Position numbers and translations under genes: made by a program. From the NCBI GenBank assembly GCA_905215005.1, contig CAJMOM010000001.1:1-41379 (forward strand): a DNA stretch of 41,379 nt, read 5' to 3'. Shown in pieces: positions 10,237 to 18,268 of the stretch. A model generated the notes under the pieces. It made no database searches. It was not told where the DNA came from and was given only the letters and a program-made list of their open reading frames with translations. Source of the DNA: an uncultured bacterium (GTDB lineage: Bacteria; Actinomycetota; Coriobacteriia; Coriobacteriales; Coriobacteriaceae). Position 1 is the stretch's first letter. Each line of letters opens with the position of its first letter.

Positions 10237-11262
10237 TTAAGCAACGAACTTCTCGAAGTACTTGATGGTGCGGACCATCTGAGAGGTGTAGGAGTTCTCG
10301 TTGTCGTACCAAGAGGTGACCTGAACGAGGGTCTGGCCGTTGCCGAGGTCAGAGCACATGGTCTGAGTGGCGTCGAAGATGGAGCCGTGGGTCTCGCCGA
10401 TGATGTCGGTGGAGACGATGTCGTCCTCGTTGTAACCGAAGGTCTCGGAGATGGTGGCAGCGTAGGCCTTCATAGCAGCGTTGACCTCGTCGACGGTGAC
10501 CTTCTTGTCAACGACAGCGTAGAGGTTGGTGATGGAGCCGGTCGGCGTCGGGACGCGCTGGGCGGCACCGATGAGCTTACCGTTGAGCTCGGGGAGAACC
10601 AGGCCGATAGCCTTGGCAGCACCGGTGGTGTTGGGGACGATGTTGACGGCGCAGGCGCGGCTACGACGCTTGTTGCCCTTGCGCTGCGGGCCGTCGAGCG
10701 GCATCTGGTCGCCAGTCCAGGCGTGAATGGTGGTCATGATGCCGGACACGATGGGAGCGAAGTCGTTCAGACCCTTGGCCATCGGGGCGAGGCAGTTGGT
10801 GGTGCAGGAAGCAGCGGAGATGATGTTGTCCTCAGCGGTCAGCGTCTCGTGGTTGACGTTGTACACGATGGTGGGCAGATCGCTGCCGGCCGGAGCGGAG
10901 ATGACGACCTTCTTGGCGCCAGCGTTGATGTGGGCCTGAGCCTTAGCCTTGCTGGTGTAGAAGCCGGTGCACTCGAGAACGACGTCGACGTCGAGGTCGC
11001 CCCAAGGCAGGTTGTTGGCGTCGGCCTCCTTGTAGATCTTGATCTCCTTGCCGTCAACGGTGATGGAATCCTCGCCAGCAACGACCTCGTGATCGCGAGC
11101 GTAGTTGCCCTGCGTGGAGTCGTACTTCAGCAGGTAAGCGAGCATATCGGGAGAGGTGAGGTCGTTGATAGCGACGATCTCGGAGCCCTCATGACCGAAC
11201 ATCTGACGGAAAGCCAGACGACCGATGCGACCGAAGCCGTTAATAGCAACCTTTACTGCCAT
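10237..11262 (-). CDS. gap: Type I glyceraldehyde-3-phosphate dehydrogenase
   Basis: Start at ATG 11262 (RBS AAAGGAG). [22 protein letters not shown]. Confidence 0.97.
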   Translation of the reverse strand: MAVKVAINGFGRIGRLAFRQMFGHEGSEIVAINDLTSPDMLAYLLKYDSTQGNYARDHEVVAGEDSITVDGKEIKIYKEADANNLPWGDLDVDVVLECTGFYTSKAKAQAHINAGAKKVVISAPAGSDLPTIVYNVNHETLTAEDNIISAASCTTNCLAPMAKGLNDFAPIVSGIMTTIHAWTGDQMPLDGPQRKGNKRRSRACAVNIVPNTTGAAKAIGLVLPELNGKLIGAAQRVPTPTGSITNLYAVVDKKVTVDEVNAAMKAYAATISETFGYNEDDIVSTDIIGETHGSIFDATQTMCSDLGNGQTLVQVTSWYDNENSYTSQMVRTIKYFEKFVA

Positions 11263-11396
11263 TGTGTCTCCTTTCGTAAGGCCCCCGCGAGCTACAGCGC
11301 CCGCCGTTGAGGCCCACAAACTAACCACTCGCCTAATATACCTTTTTTTTGACTTGAATTTCACGAGAATGCTCGAAATTGAAAATCAAATTTACG

Positions 11397-11410
11397 TTAA
11401 AACGTTTTAA
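11397..11410. promoter_or_regulatory. Perfect 14-bp palindrome upstream of gap; LacI-family-like operator
   Basis: TTAAAACGTTTTAA with central CG in an AT-rich promoter region; candidate -10 TATATT on the minus strand at 11335-11340. Confidence 0.5.
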
Positions 11411-11455
11411 AGACTAAAATAGCAGTTAAATCCATATATAAGTCGATACTTTAAC

Positions 11456-12385
11456 CTACCTGTTTGCTTCAATGAGCTTTTCAAGCCGTAAAACACGATG
11501 GTAGAGGGCTGACTTCGACAAGGGAGGGTCAGCCATCTCCCCCAAATCACGCAGTGACAGATCGGGGTAGCGCTCGCGCAGGTCGCAAAAGACCGCCAAG
11601 GCATCCGGAAGCGCATCGCGAAGGCCACGCTGCTCGAGCTCATCGATAAGCGCAAGCTGATGTTGGGCAGCGCCGGCGCTTCTGGTCTGGTTGGCGAGCT
11701 CGGCGTTCACGCGACGGTTCACATCGTTCTTAACCAACTTGACCGCGCGCGCCTCCTCAATCTCGGCAACGCTGCGCTTGGCACCAATCATCTTTAAAAG
11801 ATGCTCGATTTCCTCGGCGCTCTTAATGTACACGGCATATGACCCCCGCCGAGCATTAACACGCGCATGGACCCCAATCTGCTCCAACAGATCGCAAAGT
11901 CCCTTGGCATATTGCTCGCCCTGCACCGCGATCTCCAAATGAAAATCGCCGCGTGGATCGGCCACGAAACCGCCCGCGATGAGCGCGCCGCGGATATAGG
12001 CAAGCCTGCAGCAAGGACGGGCAACGATATGTCGGGGCACGCCGGCGACAAGTCCTCCCCTACGGTCGAGGATGCCCAGCAGCACCAGAGCCTTATCCAG
12101 GTCTGGCTGATCAGGCAAGGTGATGAGGTAGTTTCGAACCTTATGCAATACAGATTTACGAACGGTGAACTCCGTTTTGAGCTTAAGGATGCGATGCGTC
12201 AGCGTGATCATCGTGCGCGCGACAGCTCCCGTCTCAGTCGCAACCGTCAAACGATACCGCCCAGAGCCGGTAAGCGAGAGCGTACCACTCACGCGCGTGA
12301 GGGCGGCAAGCGTCGACAAGTCGCAGTATTCACATTCGGGTTCGCAGCGCGCAAGCTCGTCGCGCACCTCGGCGGTAAACGACAT
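11456..12385 (-). CDS. whiA: DNA-binding protein WhiA
   Basis: MSFTAEVRDEL, YIRGALIAGG, VNRRVNAELAN, C-terminal HTH SLRDLG...LSKSALYHR. Confidence 0.95.
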   Translation of the reverse strand: MSFTAEVRDELARCEPECEYCDLSTLAALTRVSGTLSLTGSGRYRLTVATETGAVARTMITLTHRILKLKTEFTVRKSVLHKVRNYLITLPDQPDLDKALVLLGILDRRGGLVAGVPRHIVARPCCRLAYIRGALIAGGFVADPRGDFHLEIAVQGEQYAKGLCDLLEQIGVHARVNARRGSYAVYIKSAEEIEHLLKMIGAKRSVAEIEEARAVKLVKNDVNRRVNAELANQTRSAGAAQHQLALIDELEQRGLRDALPDALAVFCDLRERYPDLSLRDLGEMADPPLSKSALYHRVLRLEKLIEANR

Positions 12386-12391
12386 GCAGGC

Positions 12392-13294
12392 CTATGCTTT
12401 CGTGTTGGCGCGCGACAGGTCGCGATGGGAAATGCTCACGTGATATTGGGCGCCTTCCAAATAACGTGCCGTGGCTTCGGCAATGGCAACGCTGCGGTGC
12501 TGGCCGCCTGTACAGCCGATGGCGATAGAAAGCTGCGGCTTGCCCTCCGCGATATAGCCCGGCATCACCGTATCGAGCAGCTGTGTCCAAGCCTTCCAAA
12601 ACTCCTGCGTCTTGGGATGGTCCAGAACAAAATCGGAGACCTTTTTATCGAGACCGGTCATCGTGCGCATCTCGGGATCGTAGAACGGATTAGGCAGGAA
12701 GCGAACGTCGATCATAATGTCCGCCTCGACGGGCATGCCGTGCTTAAAGCCAAACGAGAACACGTGGACGTCCATGAGCTGCTGGTCGGACAGCTCGGAA
12801 AATGCCATACGTAGCTTGTTACGCAGCGCAGAGGTGCGCAGACGGCTCGTGTCGATAATCATATCGGCTCGGTCGCGCACGCCCTGAAGCTGAAGGCGCT
12901 CGCGCTGAATGGCATCGGCCGTAGTCTCCCCCGGCTTGGCAATGGGATGACGGCGGCGATTTTCGCTGTAGCGACGAATCAGCACCTCGTCAGAAGCCTC
13001 CAGGAACACGATGTCGCAGCTCATCTCGCGCTCTTCGAGCGCGGCGACAGCATCGAGCAACTCGTCAAACAGTCCCTGGCTACGCAAATCGCAGGTGACG
13101 GCGAGATGCCTGCCCACGCCCGTATTGATGCCGACGAGCTCGGCAAGCTGGGCGATGAGACGCGGAGGCAGGTTATCGATGCAAAAATAGCCCATGTCCT
13201 CGAACACGTGCATGGCCTGCGTGCGGCCCGATCCGGACATTCCGGTGATGATGACGATATCGGGGATGCGCTCCGAGCGCTCCGCCGCATCCAT
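12392..13294 (-). CDS. rapZ: RapZ/YvcJ-like nucleotide-binding protein
   Basis: Start at ATG 13294. ITGMSGSGRT, FCIDNLP, SFGFKHG, DVRFLPNP, GCTGGQHRSV. Confidence 0.95.
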   Translation of the reverse strand: MDAAERSERIPDIVIITGMSGSGRTQAMHVFEDMGYFCIDNLPPRLIAQLAELVGINTGVGRHLAVTCDLRSQGLFDELLDAVAALEEREMSCDIVFLEASDEVLIRRYSENRRRHPIAKPGETTADAIQRERLQLQGVRDRADMIIDTSRLRTSALRNKLRMAFSELSDQQLMDVHVFSFGFKHGMPVEADIMIDVRFLPNPFYDPEMRTMTGLDKKVSDFVLDHPKTQEFWKAWTQLLDTVMPGYIAEGKPQLSIAIGCTGGQHRSVAIAEATARYLEGAQYHVSISHRDLSRANTKA

Positions 13295-13325
13295 GGCATC
13301 TCCCTTTTGCATGTGCTGCCTCCCG

Positions 13326-13362
13326 AAAACAAGCGCGGGACCCAGCAACCCGGATCCCGCGC
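13326..13362 (-). terminator. Terminator-like hairpin between nanE and rapZ
   Basis: Minus strand GCGCGGGATCCGG-GTTG-CTGGGTCCCGCGC followed by TTGTTTT. Confidence 0.7.
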
Positions 13363-13413
13363 GGTCAATTGCCTATATTGAGTATACCGCCCCGAGCGGA
13401 TACGAGGCCTGTC

Positions 13414-14100
13414 TTACGCCTCAAGCGCAGCCTTGAACCAACTCGTAATACTCGTGGGGTGCGTGATGGCGGTGCCGACGACAACGGCCCAGGCGCCAGC
13501 ATCGATCGCGGCGCGAGCCTCCTCGGGCGTATGCACACGGCCCTCGCAAATGATGGGAAGGCCGGGGAATTCCTCAGTCGCCTGGCGCAGGAGCGGCAGA
13601 TCGGGGCCGTCGGCCATGGTGCAATCGATAGCGGCAACACCATGAGACAGCGTGGTGGACACCAGGTCGAAGCCCATGTCGACAGCACGGCGAATGTCCT
13701 CGATGGTGGCACAATCCGCCATCAGGAGCACACCCTCCTCGTGCAGCGGGCGGAAGGTATCCTCGACCGTCTTGCCATCGGGGCGCGGACGATCGGTGGC
13801 GTCGATCGCCACGATATCGGCACCGGCAGCAACGCAGGCGCGAGCGTGACGCAGCGTCGGCGTGATGTAAACGCCCTCGTGCCCATCTTTCCACAGGCCG
13901 ATGACGGGAACCTCACAGCGACCCTTAATGGCGGCAATGTCGGCAAGACCCTGGCAGCGAATGGCGGCGGCGCCGCCGAGCTCGCAAGCTCGAGACATTT
14001 GAGCCATGGTCTCGGGCGTACGAAGCGGCTCGCCCATATACGCCTGAACGCTCACGACGAGCTTGCCCTTCAGGGATTGAATCAAAGGATCGACGGTCAT
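13414..14100 (-). CDS. nanE: N-acetylmannosamine-6-phosphate 2-epimerase
   Basis: Start at ATG 14100. LVVSVQA, GAAAIR, PVIGLWK, VYITPT, EGRVHTP, VVVGTAITHP. Confidence 0.93.
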   Translation of the reverse strand: MTVDPLIQSLKGKLVVSVQAYMGEPLRTPETMAQMSRACELGGAAAIRCQGLADIAAIKGRCEVPVIGLWKDGHEGVYITPTLRHARACVAAGADIVAIDATDRPRPDGKTVEDTFRPLHEEGVLLMADCATIEDIRRAVDMGFDLVSTTLSHGVAAIDCTMADGPDLPLLRQATEEFPGLPIICEGRVHTPEEARAAIDAGAWAVVVGTAITHPTSITSWFKAALEA

Positions 14101-14125
14101 GTGCGACTCAACCTTTCTCAAAACA

Positions 14126-14223
14126 GCCTTCTGAGACACCGCACCTTGACGTTCAAACCGTCGCTCGCGTACCGAAGTACGCTTCGCTCCTCTTTCACGT
14201 CAATCTGCGGCACCTCAGAAGGC
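14126..14223 (-). repeat. ~98-nt nested inverted repeat (long hairpin with cUUCGg loop) between nanK and nanE
   Basis: Paired arms GCCTTCTGAG/CTCAGAAGGC, CCGCA/TGCGG, TTGACGT/ACGTCAA, GCGTAC/GTACGC. Confidence 0.75.
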
Positions 14224-14240
14224 GCACTTGGTAGTTATGT

Positions 14241-15206
14241 TTACTTCAACGAGGCAAGAAGATGCTCAGCGGCACCGATGAGCGGAGCATCGCCCTCCAG
14301 AGAACCGATGAGGATCGGTGTGTTCTGAAGCGGATCGAGCGCCTGGCTGGCATAGCCCTCGTGCACCGAATCCTTCCACGTCTGCGAACGCCAATCGGGA
14401 CCTTGGTGAATCACGCCGCCCGAAAGCACGATGACCTCAGGGTCCAGGATGTTAGCGAGCGAGCCCAAGCTGGCCCCCAGCGCAAAGCCGGCGTCATGGA
14501 TGACCTCGGTCGCCTTTGCGTCGCCCGCACGGCACAGGTCGTTCACATCGCGACCGACCGAAGGACGGCTGGGGTCGACGCGGCCAAAACGCTCATCGTA
14601 CATTCGACCAATGGAAGTGCCCGAAGCAACCGACTCCAGATGGCCGGAACGCCCGCAGGCGCAGGGAATGCCGGCGGCAGCCGAGCACTCGATGTGGCCC
14701 ATATGGCCGGCAGCACCATGGAAGCCCTGCATCACGCGGCCGTTCTCGACATATGCGCCGCCGATGCCCGTACCGATGCCAAGACACAAGACGGAGAACT
14801 TGCCCTTGCCGACGCCCCAGTGGGCCTCGCCCAGAGCATGAGCCTGCACGTCGCCTACGACGGCAACGGGAAGACCGAGGTCCTCGCGCAGACGCGGCCC
14901 CAACTGAACGCCGGACCAGCCGGGCATGATCTCATTGGCATACGCGATGGCGCCCGTCTTGGGATCGACGACGCCGGCGGCACCGATACCGACGCCAAGG
15001 ACCTCGACATCGGGATTCGCCTCGAGAGCAGCCTTGATGGACGCCTCGATACGCTGGAAGACGGCCTCGCCGCCCTCCTGGGCCTCGGTAGGAACCTCGG
15101 CCTCAAAAACGGGATGGGGCACACTACCGTCAGCCGGGTACTCCATGATGGCGGTCGCGATCTTAGTTCCGCCGATATCGACAGAGCAGACGTACTTGTT
15201 CTCCAT
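14241..15206 (-). CDS. nanK: ROK-family sugar kinase, probable N-acetylmannosamine kinase
   Basis: VDIGGTK, GIGTGIGG, GHMGH...CACGRSGHLE; lies between nanA and nanE. Confidence 0.85.
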   Translation of the reverse strand: MENKYVCSVDIGGTKIATAIMEYPADGSVPHPVFEAEVPTEAQEGGEAVFQRIEASIKAALEANPDVEVLGVGIGAAGVVDPKTGAIAYANEIMPGWSGVQLGPRLREDLGLPVAVVGDVQAHALGEAHWGVGKGKFSVLCLGIGTGIGGAYVENGRVMQGFHGAAGHMGHIECSAAAGIPCACGRSGHLESVASGTSIGRMYDERFGRVDPSRPSVGRDVNDLCRAGDAKATEVIHDAGFALGASLGSLANILDPEVIVLSGGVIHQGPDWRSQTWKDSVHEGYASQALDPLQNTPILIGSLEGDAPLIGAAEHLLASLK

Positions 15207-15279
15207 GTCGCTCTCCTTAGGAGATAAAAAACAACTACAGGAAATGAAGGCGGTGTTATCGCCGCAACTTAGTAAAGGT

Positions 15280-15374
15280 TTCCCAGGTGCCCGAGGTTGG
15301 GGTGAAAGTGGTCGGGCGTTGCCCTAATGGGTCACGCCCGACCACTTGAGCCCCAAGATCGGGTGCCTGGGGAA
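15280..15374. repeat. ~95-nt imperfect inverted repeat immediately after the nanA stop
   Basis: Core AAGTGGTCGGGCGT/ACGCCCGACCACTT (14 bp perfect), flanked by TTGGGG/CCCCAA and CCCAGG..CCCGA/TCGGG..CCTGGG. Confidence 0.8.
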
Positions 15375-15377
15375 GCT

Positions 15378-16298
15378 TTACAGGAGACCGTTGTCCTGGA
15401 GGACCTTCTTAATCGCCTCGACGTTCTCGCCGGTCATGGCCTTCACCGGGCGCGGCATGGTCGGGCTGTCGAAGATACCCATGAGGTTCATAGCGGTCTT
15501 GAAGGCGCCGACGCCACCGGCATAGCCCTGGACGCCCGAGGTGACATCCCAGATGTGCGAAATCTCGTTGAGGCGATCCTGCTCGGCCTTGACGGTAGCC
15601 CAGTCACCAGCCTGGGCGGCCTTCCACTGACGCACGTAGCCCTCGGGCTCAACGTTGGCGAGACCCGGGACGGAACCGTCGGCGCCACCGAGGTAGGCGC
15701 CGTCGACAACAACCTCGTGACCGGTGAGAATGCTCATCGGATGGCCGTTCTTCTCGTTCTCCTGAACGAGGTAGCGGAATGAGATGTCATCACCCGAGGA
15801 ATCCTTGACGCCGGCCAGAACGCCCTCGGCGCCGAGCTTGGCAAGGAGCTTCCAGGGGAGCTTGGTGTGGACGCACACGGGGATGTCGTAGGCGAAGATG
15901 GGCAGGTCGAGTTCCTCATGCAGGATGCGGAAGTGCTCCTCGACCTCGGTCATGCCCTGCAGGGCATAGAACGGGCAGGTGGCGACAAGCGCATCGGCGC
16001 CCAGCTCCTGAGCGACCTTGCCGTGCTCGATCATGCGCTCGGTCTCGGTGTCGATGATGCCGACCAGAACGGGAACGCGGTGGTCGACGATACGGACGGC
16101 CTCGGCGATGATCTGACGGCGACGCTCGTCGGTGGAGAAGACGACCTCGCCCGAGGATCCCAAGAAGAACAGGCCATCGACGCCGGCATCGATCATGCGG
16201 TTGATGCTGCGCTCAAAGGAGGCAACGTCGAGCTGGTGGTCTTCGGTATCGGGAACAACGACGGGAGGGATAACGCCGGTGAATTTCTGAGTTGCCAC
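15378..16298 (-). CDS. nanA: N-acetylneuraminate lyase (DHDPS family)
   Basis: Start at GTG 16298 (RBS AAGGAG). GSSGE, YDIP, Schiff-base Lys in GVKDSSGD; adjacent to nanK and nanE. Confidence 0.85.
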   Translation of the reverse strand: MATQKFTGVIPPVVVPDTEDHQLDVASFERSINRMIDAGVDGLFFLGSSGEVVFSTDERRRQIIAEAVRIVDHRVPVLVGIIDTETERMIEHGKVAQELGADALVATCPFYALQGMTEVEEHFRILHEELDLPIFAYDIPVCVHTKLPWKLLAKLGAEGVLAGVKDSSGDDISFRYLVQENEKNGHPMSILTGHEVVVDGAYLGGADGSVPGLANVEPEGYVRQWKAAQAGDWATVKAEQDRLNEISHIWDVTSGVQGYAGGVGAFKTAMNLMGIFDSPTMPRPVKAMTGENVEAIKKVLQDNGLL

Positions 16299-16366
16299 AA
16301 GAATCTCCTTAGTTGTCTGGCAGGCGGCCCTATGCCACCCACTCTTGTTGGCAGTGTCCAGGCCGT

Positions 16367-17218
16367 CTAGGCCAAAGAACACGAGTAGAACGTTTGGTTA
16401 AAAAAGTCGACGGCTTCGTTTTCGAACGCATTGATGCGCTCGTGAGCGTATTTTGCATAGATGATATGCCTCCGGTCACACTCAAGACCGTTGAATACGG
16501 CAAACTGATCCTTGGGATCGCTCACGGTATCCATAAGCGATGTGCCCATGAGCACCGATCCGCGCACCCGAGACGACAGCGCCTCGAGGCCGCCAGGAAG
16601 CGGATTGGCAACCGCCGTGCAGGCGAGACCCCGCTCGTCCAGAGCAGAAACCGCCAGCGCGACTCCGCCGCCTAGACCCTCGCCCCATGCAAAGATGCGG
16701 TCGGTGTCCATGCCATCAAGATTGCGCGCGACCTTCGCCAACGCGCAGCCCCAACGGACGCGCTCGACAAAAGCGGGCGAAGCAATTCCCCGCTGCAGGT
16801 CGTCCGCACCAGCAACATCGTCATCCAGAGCGAGGACGGCATACCCCATGGCGGCAAACCTCGTCATGTGATGCCAGCCGCGCGCAGGCCGATCGATGTC
16901 GTGGAACATCAGGCACAGCGGCACGAGCTCGGATGCCCGAGCGCGACCGGCGGGCTCGATCAAACGTGCGTGGACCACATCGCCACCAAGCTCAAAGGAA
17001 ACCTCGGAGTAGCGGGCATACGGATTGGCGAAATCAATCGCCGTAATGGCCAGACCTTGAATTTCAAGATCCAAAGCACATGCCTCAAAATCAGAAACAT
17101 CTGCCTGAACATCACCGTGCCAGTCCCGATATTCAGCGAGCCTTGACGAAACCGTCCCAGGAATCCCCGCAAGCTCGGAGACAATCAGCCCATCGACATT
17201 GCTCTCGCACTTAGACAT
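16367..17218 (-). CDS. CE7/AXE1-like alpha/beta hydrolase paralogue lacking the nucleophile Ser
   Basis: Colinear with the upstream esterase (VHARLIEP, PLCLMFH, RFAAMG, QFAVFNGL, AHERI) but has WGEGLGGG where the paralogue has NGASQGGG. Confidence 0.75.
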   Translation of the reverse strand: MSKCESNVDGLIVSELAGIPGTVSSRLAEYRDWHGDVQADVSDFEACALDLEIQGLAITAIDFANPYARYSEVSFELGGDVVHARLIEPAGRARASELVPLCLMFHDIDRPARGWHHMTRFAAMGYAVLALDDDVAGADDLQRGIASPAFVERVRWGCALAKVARNLDGMDTDRIFAWGEGLGGGVALAVSALDERGLACTAVANPLPGGLEALSSRVRGSVLMGTSLMDTVSDPKDQFAVFNGLECDRRHIIYAKYAHERINAFENEAVDFFNQTFYSCSLA

Positions 17219-18188
17219 GAGCCTCCCCTCCCTTGCAGAAAAACGGAATGATCAGATCGTCAAAATCCTGAATCTCCTCGTGGCCAAAGCCTTCAAAGAA
17301 CTCATGACGCTTTTCACAGGTCAGGTTGTTATAGACCGCAAACTGCGTCGCTGGCGGACAGACAATATCGGCTGTGCCTGTGCCAAACAGCACAGGGCAT
17401 TTGACCATGGGGGCAAAGTTCTTGGAATCGAAGTACGCCAGCTTGGCATAGGCTTCGTCAATACGAGTCGAGTCCTCGTCAAACCAGCGAGACCAATAGC
17501 GCAGGCCCTCGTAGGCAATGTCGTCGGCATCCAAATCCCAGACCAGGCGGAAATCTGACAGGAAGGGATAGAGGATGGCGGCACGATTGATAAGCTCGCT
17601 GTTAAGCGCACAGGTCGCAATGCCCAAACCGCCGCCCTGCGACGCGCCGTTCACAAACACACGCGCAAGATCGATGCCCTCGAGCTCGCGAACGATGCGG
17701 CACAGGATGCGAATATCTTGGTGCAAGCGGACATAGTAGAGGTTGGCCGGGTCGCCGTCGATACCGGCGACGATATGACCGGCAACCGTTGTGCCCTCAA
17801 ATCCACCAATGTCCTCAGAGGGACCTCCTTGGCCGGGGCAGTCGAGGGCGATGAGTGCCATGCCCATGCCCGCAAACGACGCCTGCTCAAACCAGCTGCG
17901 GCTTGCACCCGGATACCCATGGAACTGAAGTACCAATGGCACGGGCTCGTCCGAGACAGGTTTAAGGTACTTGGCATGCAGGCGCGCGCCACACATGCCG
18001 GTATACCAGAGGTCGAAAAGCTGGCAGGTCGCGGCATCGGCGACCGATGCCGTCTCGATCTCATAGTCAAGCCCGACGGCGTCGGCCTCGGCCATGCGAT
18101 CCTTCCAAAAGAGATCGAAATCTGATGGACGGGGCATGGCGCCTCGGTATTCACCAAATTGATGTTGTAGCTCCTGAGCACTTGGCAT
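17211..18188 (-). CDS. Acetylxylan esterase/cephalosporin-C deacetylase family (CE7) acetylesterase
   Basis: PSDFDLFW, FHGY, PGQ, GASQG nucleophile, DIVCPP Asp, GHE His; no signal peptide. Start ATG 18188 (alternative TTG 18203). Confidence 0.88.
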   Translation of the reverse strand: MPSAQELQHQFGEYRGAMPRPSDFDLFWKDRMAEADAVGLDYEIETASVADAATCQLFDLWYTGMCGARLHAKYLKPVSDEPVPLVLQFHGYPGASRSWFEQASFAGMGMALIALDCPGQGGPSEDIGGFEGTTVAGHIVAGIDGDPANLYYVRLHQDIRILCRIVRELEGIDLARVFVNGASQGGGLGIATCALNSELINRAAILYPFLSDFRLVWDLDADDIAYEGLRYWSRWFDEDSTRIDEAYAKLAYFDSKNFAPMVKCPVLFGTGTADIVCPPATQFAVYNNLTCEKRHEFFEGFGHEEIQDFDDLIIPFFCKGGEAHV

Positions 18189-18224
18189 GGCTCGTGAACC
18201 CAACCTTTCGAAATCGCAACGGAG

Positions 18225-18252
18225 GTGCGCCCGGCAAGGGAACCGGGCGCAC
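18225..18252 (-). other. Perfect 10-bp GC hairpin between the transporter ATPase and the esterase genes
   Basis: GTGCGCCCGG-N8-CCGGGCGCAC, no U-tract. Confidence 0.6.
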
Positions 18253-18268
18253 GGGAGGGAAAGCGAGG

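Noticed and set aside
15378..16298. dapA assignment for the DHDPS-family gene
   Set aside because: Context (nanK, nanE, transporter) and GSSGE/YDIP motifs favour nanA.
16367..17218. Calling the second esterase a pseudogene
   Set aside because: The ORF is uninterrupted, has a strong RBS (GGGAGG) and overlaps the paralogue stop; kept as a CDS.
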